Under the pieces are notes generated by a model. That model saw only the letters and a list, made by a program, of their open reading frames with translations, was not told where the DNA came from and made no database searches. This document shows, one piece after another, positions 53,915-62,955 of a DNA stretch of 64,000 bases. Source of the stretch: Bacteroidales bacterium (GTDB taxonomy: Bacteria > Bacteroidota > Bacteroidia > Bacteroidales > UBA932). The first letter of the stretch is position 1, and every line of letters begins with the position of its first letter. A program made the position numbers and the translations under genes. The DNA lies in NCBI GenBank assembly GCA_028686425.1, contig JAQUBZ010000001.1, forward strand, positions 50,536-114,535. Reading direction: 5' to 3'.

Positions 53915-54286
53915 TCAGATTATTTCCTCGTACTGCGCTGCAGATAGAAGAGTATCAAATTCCGAAGCGTCGGACAACTTGATCTTTATCATCCATCCTG
54001 CTCCGTATGGATCTTCGTTGATAAGTTGTGGAGAATTTTCCAATTCGGCATTGAATTCGACAATCTCCCCTGAAACAGGCATAAATGCATCAGCAACAGT
54101 CTTTACAGCCTCAATAGCTCCGAACACCTCTTCTTTGGCAAGAGTTTCGCCCTGTGTCTGAACATCGACAAATACGATATCGCCCAATTCACTCTGAGCA
54201 AAATCTGTAATACCAACGGTGGCAATATCGCCATCAACTTTAATCCATTCGTGGTCTTTTGTGTATTTTAAATTAGCAGGAATCAT
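53915..54286 (-). CDS. gcvH: glycine cleavage system protein H
   Basis: 123 aa. KYTKDHEWI and the lipoyl-lysine motif IEAVKTV. Confidence 0.95.
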   Translation of the reverse strand: MIPANLKYTKDHEWIKVDGDIATVGITDFAQSELGDIVFVDVQTQGETLAKEEVFGAIEAVKTVADAFMPVSGEIVEFNAELENSPQLINEDPYGAGWMIKIKLSDASEFDTLLSAAQYEEII

Positions 54287-54336
54287 AAATATTTAAATTT
54301 GTTTTATAATTAGTAAAATTACTTAAATAACAAGCA

Positions 54337-54344
54337 CAAATATA
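54337..54344 (-). promoter_or_regulatory. -7 box (TATATTTG) upstream of gcvH
   Basis: TAnnTTTG match on the minus strand, about 50 nt upstream of the ATG. Confidence 0.4.
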
Positions 54345-54359
54345 GTAATTTTATTGCAA

Positions 54360-54950
54360 TCACAGCAATTTTAATGCCTTTTTTATCAATTCTTCTAAAG
54401 AATACCCAGAATTTTCTTTAAAAAGTGTGTTTAAAACCTTTTCTACATTTTGTTTTGTAAATCCGAGTAGAACCAGAGCGCTCATGGCTTCATCTCTTGT
54501 TGAAGAGGACTCTCCCGTGTCGAAAATAAAGTCTTTTGAAGATCCTTTGATGATTTTATCCTTTAATTCAAGGATGACACGTTGAGCTGTTTTGAGGCCT
54601 ATACCCTTGACACTCTTGATTTTATTGACATCCTGAGAGATGATGGCATTTCTTATCTCATCAGAATTCAGGGATGAGAGCATCATACGTGCAGAATTGG
54701 GACCGATACCCGAAACAGAAATCAGCTGAATAAATATTTCGCGCTCCTCCTTGTCATAGAAGCCGTAAAACAGTTCATCATCTTCACGTATATGGTGATA
54801 GAGATAGACTGTAACGAGATTGTTGCCCGATTTTTGCAGTTTGGAATAAGTGCCCAGCGAAATCAGAATCTTATATCCGATGCCGTAACATTCGACTGTG
54901 ATTTCGGTAGGGGTCAATTCCGCCAGATTACCTTTGATATAATCGTACAT
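54360..54950 (-). CDS. ruvA: Holliday junction branch migration protein RuvA
   Basis: 196 aa from the internal ATG (MYDYIKG...). HhH motifs (VSGIGPNSA, VKGIGLKTAQR). The longer ORF-track version would run into the sufS promoter and start. Confidence 0.93.
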   Translation of the reverse strand: MYDYIKGNLAELTPTEITVECYGIGYKILISLGTYSKLQKSGNNLVTVYLYHHIREDDELFYGFYDKEEREIFIQLISVSGIGPNSARMMLSSLNSDEIRNAIISQDVNKIKSVKGIGLKTAQRVILELKDKIIKGSSKDFIFDTGESSSTRDEAMSALVLLGFTKQNVEKVLNTLFKENSGYSLEELIKKALKLL

Positions 54951-55018
54951 TTTTGAATAATTGATATTAATTGAGGTAAAAATATAGCTTTCTGCTAAAA
55001 TAACCAAGTTTGTTTTGC

Positions 55019-55026
55019 TATTTTTG
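55019..55026 (+). promoter_or_regulatory. -7 box (TATTTTTG) upstream of sufS
   Basis: TAnnTTTG match 29 nt upstream of the ATG at 55055. Confidence 0.4.
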
Positions 55027-55054
55027 CAAATTATTATGAGTAAGAAATATTGAA

Positions 55055-56284
55055 ATGGAGACAATAAATCAAATAAGAGCACAATTTTCGGCTTTGCAGC
55101 AGCAAGTGTATGGAAAGCCGCTGGTGTATTTCGATAACGCTGCCACTTCACAAAAACCGCTGACAGTTCTCGAGTTACAGCAGAGGATGAGTTCAGGCAT
55201 AAATGCAAATATTCACAGAGCCGTTCACAAGTTGAGTGCAGATGCCACCGAATTGTATGAAACAGGGAGGGATGAGGTCAGAAAATATCTCGGCGCCGAC
55301 TCTCGCGAACAGATAATATTCACTTCGGGAGCAACAGCAAGCCTCAATCTTGTCGCCTCTTCTTTCGGACACCAATTTCTGAAAAACGGAGACAAGGTCA
55401 TACTGTCCGAAGCCGAACATCACTCAAACATAGTCCCGTGGCAGATTATATGTGAAAGAGTCGGAGCGCAAATAATGGTGCTGCCTGTCAACATTCGGGG
55501 TGAAATATCAGTGGATCAGTTCTCCGAAATGCTTGACGAAAAGGTGAAAATAGTCGCCATTACTCATGCTTCCAATGTGCTCGGAGTTGTAAATCCTATT
55601 AAAGAGATTGTTCAAATTGCTCATTCAAAAGGAGTTCCTGTATTAGTTGACGGAGCACAGGGGATTATTCACTGCGATTTTTCGGTGAAGGATCTGGATT
55701 GTGATTTCTATGTATTTTCAGGACATAAAATATATGCCCCCACCGGAATAGGGATTCTTTACGGTAAAAAAGAGCTGTTGGAGAAGATGCCTCCATACAT
55801 GGGGGGCGGAGATATGGTAGATACTGTTACTTTTGAGAAGACCACATACGCTCCACTTCCCCTCAAATTTGAAGCCGGAACCCCCAATTTCATAGGAGCC
55901 GCATGTCTTGCACCGGCCCTTCAATTTGCATCTTCTGTGAGACAAAGTGCTGAAATAAAGCTGTATGAAAGAGAGATGACGGCATATATGATAAAGGAGT
56001 TGGAGAATATCGAAGGATTGACGATTTGGGGAAATCCTTCAAACAGAGAGTTGAAAATCCCTGTATTTTCATTCACGGTAGAGGGAACTCATCCTTCGGA
56101 TTTGGCTCAACTACTTGATAAAATGGGAGTTGCCGTGAGGTCGGGACTTATGTGCGCAGAGCCGTTAATCCGCAAATTTTCAGCAGTGGGGATGGTGAGA
56201 GCTTCGCTGGCCCCATATAACACAAAAGAAGAAATAGAAATATTTATTGCCGGACTGAAAAGGGCGATAAAGATGTTAAGATAA
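55055..56284 (+). CDS. sufS: cysteine desulfurase SufS (class V aminotransferase, group II)
   Basis: 409 aa. PLP-Lys region FSGHKIYAPTGIG, HHSNIVPWQ, and the catalytic-Cys loop RSGLMCAEP. Confidence 0.9.
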   Translation: METINQIRAQFSALQQQVYGKPLVYFDNAATSQKPLTVLELQQRMSSGINANIHRAVHKLSADATELYETGRDEVRKYLGADSREQIIFTSGATASLNLVASSFGHQFLKNGDKVILSEAEHHSNIVPWQIICERVGAQIMVLPVNIRGEISVDQFSEMLDEKVKIVAITHASNVLGVVNPIKEIVQIAHSKGVPVLVDGAQGIIHCDFSVKDLDCDFYVFSGHKIYAPTGIGILYGKKELLEKMPPYMGGGDMVDTVTFEKTTYAPLPLKFEAGTPNFIGAACLAPALQFASSVRQSAEIKLYEREMTAYMIKELENIEGLTIWGNPSNRELKIPVFSFTVEGTHPSDLAQLLDKMGVAVRSGLMCAEPLIRKFSAVGMVRASLAPYNTKEEIEIFIAGLKRAIKMLR

Positions 56285-56294
56285 TCATAACAAT

Positions 56295-56762
56295 ATGGAA
56301 AATAGCACTATAAAGAGTTCCAAAGAGTTAGAGGAAGAGATTGTTTCAGAGTTTTCTCTCTTTGATGAGTGGTTAGACAAGTACGAATACATCATAGAGC
56401 TCGGCAAAAGTCTGCCAATCATTCCGGAAAAAGATAAAACCGACTCCAATTTGATTAATGGGTGTCAGTCAAGAGTATGGCTATCAAGCGAATACAGAGA
56501 TGGGAGGGTGTATTTCAAGGCCGACAGCGATGCGATTATCACCAAAGGTATTATCTCTCTGCTGATAAGAGTATATAACGGACAGACACCGGAAGAGATA
56601 TTGAATTCCGATTTCTCTTTCATTGAAAAAATAGGCTTGAAGGAGAATCTTTCTCCTACCCGTGCAAACGGTCTGCTATCAATGATAAAGCAGATTAAAA
56701 TGTATGCATTGGCATACGAGGCCGAAAATAATAACAAAGAACAAGCAGATTATGGAAAATAA
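56295..56762 (+). CDS. sufE: SufE-like sulfur acceptor protein
   Basis: 155 aa. The conserved Cys is in INGCQSRVW, and the gene lies immediately after sufS. Confidence 0.85.
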   Translation: MENSTIKSSKELEEEIVSEFSLFDEWLDKYEYIIELGKSLPIIPEKDKTDSNLINGCQSRVWLSSEYRDGRVYFKADSDAIITKGIISLLIRVYNGQTPEEILNSDFSFIEKIGLKENLSPTRANGLLSMIKQIKMYALAYEAENNNKEQADYGK

Positions 56763-57072
56763 GGAGACAAATAGTCTGGAACAGGATATAATCACGGCTC
56801 TGCATCAGGTGTATGATCCGGAAGTGCCTGTCGATATTTATGAGTTGGGGCTGATTTACGGAATAGATACAGACAAGGACAACAATGTAACTATCACAAT
56901 GACACTTACCGCTCCCAATTGCCCTATAGCCGATCAGGTTATAGAAGATGTGAAAGAAGCCGTACTTGATGTTCCGGGAACCAAAGATGTGAAAGTAAAT
57001 CTCGTCTTCGAGCCGGAATGGAATATAGATATGATGAGCGAAGCAGCCAAGTTGGAATTAAATATGTTGTAA
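56752..57072 (+). CDS. DUF59 (SufT/PaaD-like) iron-sulfur assembly protein
   Basis: 106 aa from the internal ATG. VYDPEVPVDIYELGLIY and TLTAPNCP motifs. Overlaps the sufE end by 11 nt. Confidence 0.8.
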   Translation: MENKETNSLEQDIITALHQVYDPEVPVDIYELGLIYGIDTDKDNNVTITMTLTAPNCPIADQVIEDVKEAVLDVPGTKDVKVNLVFEPEWNIDMMSEAAKLELNML

Positions 57073-57081
57073 ACTGAAGAT

Positions 57082-57528
57082 ATGATTGTTCTGACATTGG
57101 GGACCAACCTCGGAAATAGAAGCAACAACTTGATAATTGCCCGTGAAAAGTTGTCTCGGAGGATTGGAGCAGAAGTTGAGATTGAGTATTCTGAAATATT
57201 GGAAACCAAAGCAATAGGATTTAATGGGAATGATTTTTTAAACCAGATTGCTGCATTTGAATCCAATATTGAACCCGAAAAGATGCTTGATATTTGTCAA
57301 TCAATTGAAATAGAGATGGGTAGAAAGAAACATGTGGCTCAATATGATAAATACGGGAACCGAATATTTGAAAATAGAATAATTGATATTGACATTCTCC
57401 TTTATAACGACTGCACCATTAAGAGTGACAGACTTACGGTGCCTCATCCGCAAGTATATCAGAGACCGTTTATAATCGAATTATTCAACACCTTGCCACA
57501 AGAAACAAGAAATAGAATAAACATTTAA
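57082..57528 (+). CDS. folK: 2-amino-4-hydroxy-6-hydroxymethyldihydropteridine diphosphokinase
   Basis: 148 aa. LGTNLG, RIIDIDIL and LTVPHP motifs of HPPK. Confidence 0.9.
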   Translation: MIVLTLGTNLGNRSNNLIIAREKLSRRIGAEVEIEYSEILETKAIGFNGNDFLNQIAAFESNIEPEKMLDICQSIEIEMGRKKHVAQYDKYGNRIFENRIIDIDILLYNDCTIKSDRLTVPHPQVYQRPFIIELFNTLPQETRNRINI

Positions 57529-57532
57529 CAAT

Positions 57533-59071
57533 ATGACACAAGAAGAAGTATTTAAAAATTTGATTGCTCATGCAAAAGAGTACGGATTTATTTTCCCGTC
57601 AAGTGAAATCTATGACGGATTGAGCGCTGTCTATGATTATGGACAGATGGGTGTTGAAATGAAAAACAACATCAAAAAATATTGGTGGGAATCGATGGTC
57701 CGTCTTAATGAAAACATTGTGGGAATTGATTCGGCAATCTTCATGCACCCGCGTATATGGGAAGCTTCAGGCCACGTAGGGGCATTTAACGACCCTCTTA
57801 TCGACAACAAGGACTCCAAGAAGAGATACCGCGCGGACGTATTGATAGAGGACTATTTGGCCAAGCTCGAAGAGAAGATGAACAAAGAGGTGGAAAAGGG
57901 TCGCAAGAAATTCGGGGACTCTTTCAATGAAGAACAGTTCAGGGCTACCAATCCCAATGTGCTCAGAAGCAAGACCAAATGGGACGAAGTGCATCAGCGC
58001 ATGACAGAAGCTCTCAATCAGAACGACCTTGTTGCACTGAGACAGCTGATTATCGACTGCGAGATTGCATGCCCAATTTCGGGAACTAAAAATTGGACAG
58101 AAGTACGTCAGTTCAACCTCATGTTCAGCACTCAGCTGGGAAATATTTCGGACGAGTCGGGCATTATATATTTGAGACCGGAGACGGCACAGGGAATCTT
58201 CGTGAATTTCCTGAATGTGCAGAAAACCGGCAGAATGAAGATTCCTTTCGGCATCGCCCAGATAGGTAAGGCGTTCAGAAACGAGATTGTCGCAAGACAA
58301 TTTATTTTCAGGATGAGAGAATTTGAACAGATGGAAATGCAGTTTTTTGTCCGTCCGGGAGATGAGATGCAATGGTTCAAAAAATGGAAAGCAACGCGTT
58401 TAGCATGGCATAAAGCTCTTGGTCTCGGAGATGAAAAATACAGATTCCACGACCATGAGAAGCTTGCACACTACGCCAATGCTGCGACAGATATCGAATT
58501 TGAATTTCCGTTCGGCTTCAAAGAGCTTGAGGGAATACACTCGCGCACCGATTTCGATTTGAGCCAGCATCAGAAATTCAGCGGAAGAAAGATGCAGTAC
58601 TTCGACCCTGAAACCAACGAGAGCTACGTTCCTTACGTAATCGAGACATCAATAGGATTGGACAGAACATTTTTAGCCATACTGTCATCGGCCTATACGG
58701 AAGAGAAACTTGAAAACGGAGAAGAGAGAGTTGTCTTGAGAATACCTCCTGCAATCGCTCCCGTCAAAATGGCTGTACTTCCACTTATAAAAAAAGACGG
58801 TCTTCCTGAAAAAGCACACGAAATAATGAACACACTGAAGATCGATTTCAATTGCCAATACGATGAAAAAGACAGCATCGGTAAACGTTATCGCCGTCAG
58901 GATGCAATCGGGACACCATTCTGCATCACTGTCGATCATGACACACTTAACGATAATTGTGTGACGATAAGATATCGCGACACAATGACACAGGAAAGAG
59001 TTCCGATTGATGCTTTGAGAACAATCATGGACGAAAAGGTCAATCTGAGGTCTCTTCTCGGAAAACTTTGA
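57533..59071 (+). CDS. glyQS: glycine--tRNA ligase (dimeric class II)
   Basis: 512 aa. YLRPETAQG, FRNE, and the class II motif-3 region, plus a C-terminal anticodon-binding domain. Confidence 0.95.
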   Translation: MTQEEVFKNLIAHAKEYGFIFPSSEIYDGLSAVYDYGQMGVEMKNNIKKYWWESMVRLNENIVGIDSAIFMHPRIWEASGHVGAFNDPLIDNKDSKKRYRADVLIEDYLAKLEEKMNKEVEKGRKKFGDSFNEEQFRATNPNVLRSKTKWDEVHQRMTEALNQNDLVALRQLIIDCEIACPISGTKNWTEVRQFNLMFSTQLGNISDESGIIYLRPETAQGIFVNFLNVQKTGRMKIPFGIAQIGKAFRNEIVARQFIFRMREFEQMEMQFFVRPGDEMQWFKKWKATRLAWHKALGLGDEKYRFHDHEKLAHYANAATDIEFEFPFGFKELEGIHSRTDFDLSQHQKFSGRKMQYFDPETNESYVPYVIETSIGLDRTFLAILSSAYTEEKLENGEERVVLRIPPAIAPVKMAVLPLIKKDGLPEKAHEIMNTLKIDFNCQYDEKDSIGKRYRRQDAIGTPFCITVDHDTLNDNCVTIRYRDTMTQERVPIDALRTIMDEKVNLRSLLGKL

Positions 59072-59091
59072 AATAAATAGAACTTTAACCG

Positions 59092-59129
59092 CGAGTACGG
59101 ATAGAAATGGGAATAATTATCCGTACTCG
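59092..59129 (+). terminator. rho-independent terminator downstream of glyQS
   Basis: CGAGTACGGAT-N16-ATCCGTACTCG, followed by TTTAAAATT. Confidence 0.65.
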
Positions 59130-59145
59130 TTTAAAATTGGAAAAT

Positions 59146-61059
59146 ATGAGAAGAATAGCAGCACAATTATTACTTTTTACAGCTTTAATCACGGTGGCAT
59201 CATGTAGTTTGTTTGAGAAAAAATATTTGGATGTGGCGCCCTCTGTGGCCAATCTTACCAATAAAGAATCAAACGAACAGATAATTACCATAAAGACCAA
59301 ATCGGAATGGAAAATAACCTGCTCCGAAGCTTGGGTTAAAATATCCCCCAAAACGGGGATTGGAGAGATGGATGTAAAGATCTCTTCATCATACAATAAC
59401 ACCGGCACGGAGAGGAAATCGACCATAACAGTTACCACTGCCGATAAGCATCCATTGACTTCATCCGTAGCGGTAAGTCAGCCGATGTCCTACCTCACAC
59501 TGTCGGACAAAGAACTGTTTTTCGATAAAAACGGTGAGACCAAAACCGTCAGTATTCAATCAAATGTCAATTGGAAAATGACCTCCGATGGAGATTCATT
59601 AATCTCATTTTCAGCCAATACAGGGACAGACGACGGGACACTTTCCATAAAATGCCTTGCCAATCCGCAGAGGAGGATAAAAAATTACGTTGCAACATTT
59701 TCATACGCCGGCGGATTTGCAGAGACACTTAATATAACTCTGGATCAGCAGTACAATGAAAAACCGGAGAAACCGGAATTGATACTTCCTGAAAATGGGG
59801 CTGTAGAAGTCTCCAGAATAGCGACCTTCAAATGGAAAAGCAGTGATGAAGAAGGTGACGAACTGTACAGCACACTTTATTACTCCACAGACAACAAGAC
59901 ATGGGATTCACTTGCTCCGGTATCCGATTTTATTCTGGAGAAGGCGATAGCTCTCAAGTCGGAAACAAAATACTATTGGTATATATCTGTAGATGACGAC
60001 CATGGCGGAATAGTCAAGTCTGATGTATGGTCATTCACCACCACTAAAGGGGGACTTCACGACCATGGTTCGTATGCAGTATATCAGGAGAGCGATAAAG
60101 CTGTTCCGAGTACACTTGTATTTGTGGGTGACGGATTTACGGCCGTTTCTCTTGCCGAAAAAGACGGAGTTTACGATAAATATATGGATCAGGCAATCGA
60201 GGCATTTTTCAGCATAGAACCATATAAAACGTACAGAAATTATTTTAAGGTGTATAAAATGTATGCCGAATCCGAAGAAGAGGGAGCTACCATGACCAAA
60301 GAAGGCATTTCAAAGAAGACTGCATTCGCAGCAACCTTTACCGGAGACGGAACGGGGATGAAATGCGATAATGAAACGCTATTTGACTTTGTGTCGGGGA
60401 TTGAAGAGATTGATGTGGACAGCGTATTGACCATCTTGGTGGTAAATCAGCAGAAATATGCCGGCACTTGTTGGATGTGGACTTCCGGAAGGGCTATTGC
60501 AATATGCCCTATTAGCGATTTGAGTGCAGAAAAGGGAAGTCAGACACATTTTAACAGTCTTGTCCTTCATGAAGCTGCGGGACACGGATATTCGCATCTT
60601 GCCGATGAATATATCTCTTCTGCCAATAAGGGAAAGACAATAGATGATGATTCAAAAGCCAAACTTGAAAATTATCAGAGCTATGGATGGTATTTTAATG
60701 TCTCGACCAAAAGTGATCCGAGTGCTGTCCCATGGGCACCATTTATAGGCAGGGCGGGATATGAGGGTGTAAATGTCATAGAGGGCGGATATTTGTTCTC
60801 CTATGGAGTGTGGAGGTCGGAGTCTATAAGCTGTATGATCAACAATATAAATTATTATAACGTTGCGAGCAGATATAATATTGTACAAAAAATCTTCAGG
60901 GTGGCAGGTGAAGAGTTGACTTTTGAGAAGTTTCTTGAAAATGACAAGAGAGGAGAAGTTGCCGTTGAAGCTGCTGCCGCATCAAATATGCTGGTTAAAT
61001 CGGCCGGAAAGAAATTTATCCCTTTAGCTCCGCCTGTGGTTATTGACAATGGACGATAA
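59146..61059 (+). CDS. M64-family metallopeptidase lipoprotein with N-terminal BACON-like domains
   Basis: Lipobox (ITVASC), two BACON-like repeats (..KSEWKITCSEAWVKISP.., ..NVNWKMTSDG..), and the zinc motif HEAAGHGYSHLADEY. Confidence 0.8.
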   Translation: MRRIAAQLLLFTALITVASCSLFEKKYLDVAPSVANLTNKESNEQIITIKTKSEWKITCSEAWVKISPKTGIGEMDVKISSSYNNTGTERKSTITVTTADKHPLTSSVAVSQPMSYLTLSDKELFFDKNGETKTVSIQSNVNWKMTSDGDSLISFSANTGTDDGTLSIKCLANPQRRIKNYVATFSYAGGFAETLNITLDQQYNEKPEKPELILPENGAVEVSRIATFKWKSSDEEGDELYSTLYYSTDNKTWDSLAPVSDFILEKAIALKSETKYYWYISVDDDHGGIVKSDVWSFTTTKGGLHDHGSYAVYQESDKAVPSTLVFVGDGFTAVSLAEKDGVYDKYMDQAIEAFFSIEPYKTYRNYFKVYKMYAESEEEGATMTKEGISKKTAFAATFTGDGTGMKCDNETLFDFVSGIEEIDVDSVLTILVVNQQKYAGTCWMWTSGRAIAICPISDLSAEKGSQTHFNSLVLHEAAGHGYSHLADEYISSANKGKTIDDDSKAKLENYQSYGWYFNVSTKSDPSAVPWAPFIGRAGYEGVNVIEGGYLFSYGVWRSESISCMINNINYYNVASRYNIVQKIFRVAGEELTFEKFLENDKRGEVAVEAAAASNMLVKSAGKKFIPLAPPVVIDNGR

Positions 61060-61116
61060 GGATACGGAAAGACAGCTTGTCAATATATAGAAAAATCAGG
61101 CTGTAAATTGCAAGAT

Positions 61117-61146
61117 TCCCCTTTCAGATCAGGTTCTGAAAGGGGA
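61117..61146 (+). terminator. rho-independent terminator downstream of the M64 peptidase gene
   Basis: TCCCCTTTCAGA-TCAGGT-TCTGAAAGGGGA, a 12-bp stem, followed by TTCTTGTT. Confidence 0.75.
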
Positions 61147-61190
61147 TTCTTGTTAATAAATCGACAAATAAAAGCAATACAACGAACATA

Positions 61191-61313
61191 AATGCTAATT
61201 ACAAAGAGCAATTTAAAACTAAAAATGCTAATTAGAAAGAGCAATTCAAACAAAAAATGCTAATTACAAAGAGCAATTTAAAGTAAAAATGCTAATTGTA
61301 AAAAACATTTAGT
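61191..61313 (+). repeat. 32/33-bp tandem repeat, about 3.7 units (AATGCTAATTACAAAGAGCAATTTAAA..)
   Basis: Units start at 61191, 61224, 61256 and 61288 (the last is partial). The array lies immediately upstream of the promoter and start of the 61344 ATPase gene. Confidence 0.9.
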
Positions 61314-61320
61314 ATCTTTG
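61313..61320 (+). promoter_or_regulatory. -7 box (TATCTTTG) upstream of the second AAA+ ATPase gene
   Basis: TAnnTTTG match 24 nt upstream of the ATG at 61344, directly after the 32/33-bp tandem repeat. Confidence 0.4.
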
Positions 61321-61343
61321 CAACCGAAGTAAAAATCAAAATT

Positions 61344-62531
61344 ATGGAAGATCTGATTAAGATTTATATTAGGCTGCTGCGAGAAACAGAAGAAAAGGCG
61401 TTAAGATATTTATATCCGAATGTCGATTGGAATGAGCGCTGTATCGCAATTATTGGAGCAAAAGGTGTGGGAAAGACAACGATGTTGCTGCAACATATCA
61501 AAGCAACCTTTGAAAATCACAACGAAGCACTTTATGCGAGCCTGGACAATACATGGTTTGCAAATCATACCATTTCGGACTTGGCAGACGAGTTCTATAT
61601 CAATGGCGGAACTCATTTGTTTTTAGACGAAATTCACCATTATCCAAATTGGGCAAAGGAAATAAAGAATATTTACGATAGTTTTCCAAAACTGAACATC
61701 GTATTTACGGGTTCTTCACTATTGCAAATTTATAAATCGACTACGGATCTTTCAAGGAGAGTTGTCTATGAACAGTTGGAAGGGTTGTCTTTCAGAGAAT
61801 TTTTGAAATTTGAAAATATAGCCGATTTTCCTCTCTATTCGCTGCGGGATATTGTGGAAAACCATCAGGAAATCGCTTTCAATATAACGGAGCATATAAA
61901 AATAATACCACTGTTTAAAAAGTATCTCAAATCGGGATATTATTTGTTTTACAAACAGGGACTGAAAAAATACGATTACAAATTGCAGGAAGCAATTAAT
62001 AATGTGATAGATGTAGATATTCCTGCAATAGAAAATATTGAGTTTGCTTCCCGGTACAAACTAAAAAAATTGTTGGCAGTGCTCTCGGAAATGGTGCCAT
62101 ACACTCCTAACATTGTCGAATTAAGCCGGGCTATTGACACAAGTCGAAATGATACAGTCAAATATTTGTCCTTGTTGGAAAGCGCAAAACTGCTAAATCT
62201 GATATCGTACAAAGACAAAACAATAGGCAATCTGACAAAACCGGACAAAGTATTGCTCAACAATACTAATATTTCTTATTTGTTTGGGAACACGGCAAAT
62301 ATCGGCAGTACGAGAGAGACGGTTTTCGTCAATCAGGTGAGCGCCGTTGCCGATGTTTATCTTGCAAGGCAGGGGGACTTCATTGTGGAAGAATACACTT
62401 TTGAAGTCGGGGGCAAATCAAAATCATTTGATCAGATAAAAGATATTCCAAATAGTTTTGTCGTTGCAGACGACATAGAGGTCGGATATAAAAACAGGAT
62501 TCCTCTCTGGTTGTTTGGAATGCTGTATTAA
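61344..62531 (+). CDS. AAA+ ATPase (AAA_14/DUF4143-like), second copy of this family
   Basis: 395 aa. Walker A GAKGVGKTT, Walker B LFLDEIHH, and a C-terminal DF..EVGGKSK nuclease-like motif. Same architecture as 18916-20076. Confidence 0.75.
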   Translation: MEDLIKIYIRLLRETEEKALRYLYPNVDWNERCIAIIGAKGVGKTTMLLQHIKATFENHNEALYASLDNTWFANHTISDLADEFYINGGTHLFLDEIHHYPNWAKEIKNIYDSFPKLNIVFTGSSLLQIYKSTTDLSRRVVYEQLEGLSFREFLKFENIADFPLYSLRDIVENHQEIAFNITEHIKIIPLFKKYLKSGYYLFYKQGLKKYDYKLQEAINNVIDVDIPAIENIEFASRYKLKKLLAVLSEMVPYTPNIVELSRAIDTSRNDTVKYLSLLESAKLLNLISYKDKTIGNLTKPDKVLLNNTNISYLFGNTANIGSTRETVFVNQVSAVADVYLARQGDFIVEEYTFEVGGKSKSFDQIKDIPNSFVVADDIEVGYKNRIPLWLFGMLY

Positions 62532-62803
62532 CAGTCAGGGACCATCAAGGCGGTTGAAATGTTGCGGATATTTTAATTTAATTAATATGTGTTGTGTTGA
62601 GATGCAACATTTCACGCTTTGACAGAGAAAAAGATTTATATTTAAGCCATTGTATTTTATTTGTTATTAGTGACAGACACCGTTATTTCAGGATTCTGAG
62701 TAGCCGGCACAAAATCGAATAAGGCTGCGTGTCATTTACGACTGCAAAATTACTTGGTCCCGGTGGTAACATTTATAACCTTTTCATAATCTTTTTATAA
62801 TCC

Positions 62804-62887
62804 GAAAATAATCTTTTGCGACCCTGAAACGGCTTGAAAATAATCATTGCATAATCTGAAAATAATCCGAAAATAATCCGAAAAATC
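62804..62887 (+). repeat. reiterated GAAAATAATC motif (4 exact copies and 1 degenerate copy)
   Basis: Exact copies at 62804, 62836, 62858 and 62869, and a degenerate copy at 62880. The last three are spaced 11 bp apart, upstream of the histidine kinase gene. Confidence 0.85.
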
Positions 62888-62955
62888 TTGAAGATTGTTT
62901 AAAATTTGCTACATTGCGCTGCACTTCCGGAGTATTATGGGATTGTGTTATTAGT

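Noticed and set aside
54951-55208. N-terminal 86-aa extension of the ruvA ORF (ORF track 54360-55208)
   Set aside because: RuvA homology begins at the internal MYDYIKG. The extension would overlap the sufS promoter and start, and it has no RuvA counterpart.
57767-58372. 201-aa ORF on the minus strand
   Set aside because: Antisense shadow inside glyQS, which has unambiguous class II aaRS motifs.
61191-61313. Possible CRISPR array
   Set aside because: The units are directly adjacent with no unique spacers, they are AT-rich and only about 32 bp long, and no cas genes are nearby. This is a plain tandem repeat.
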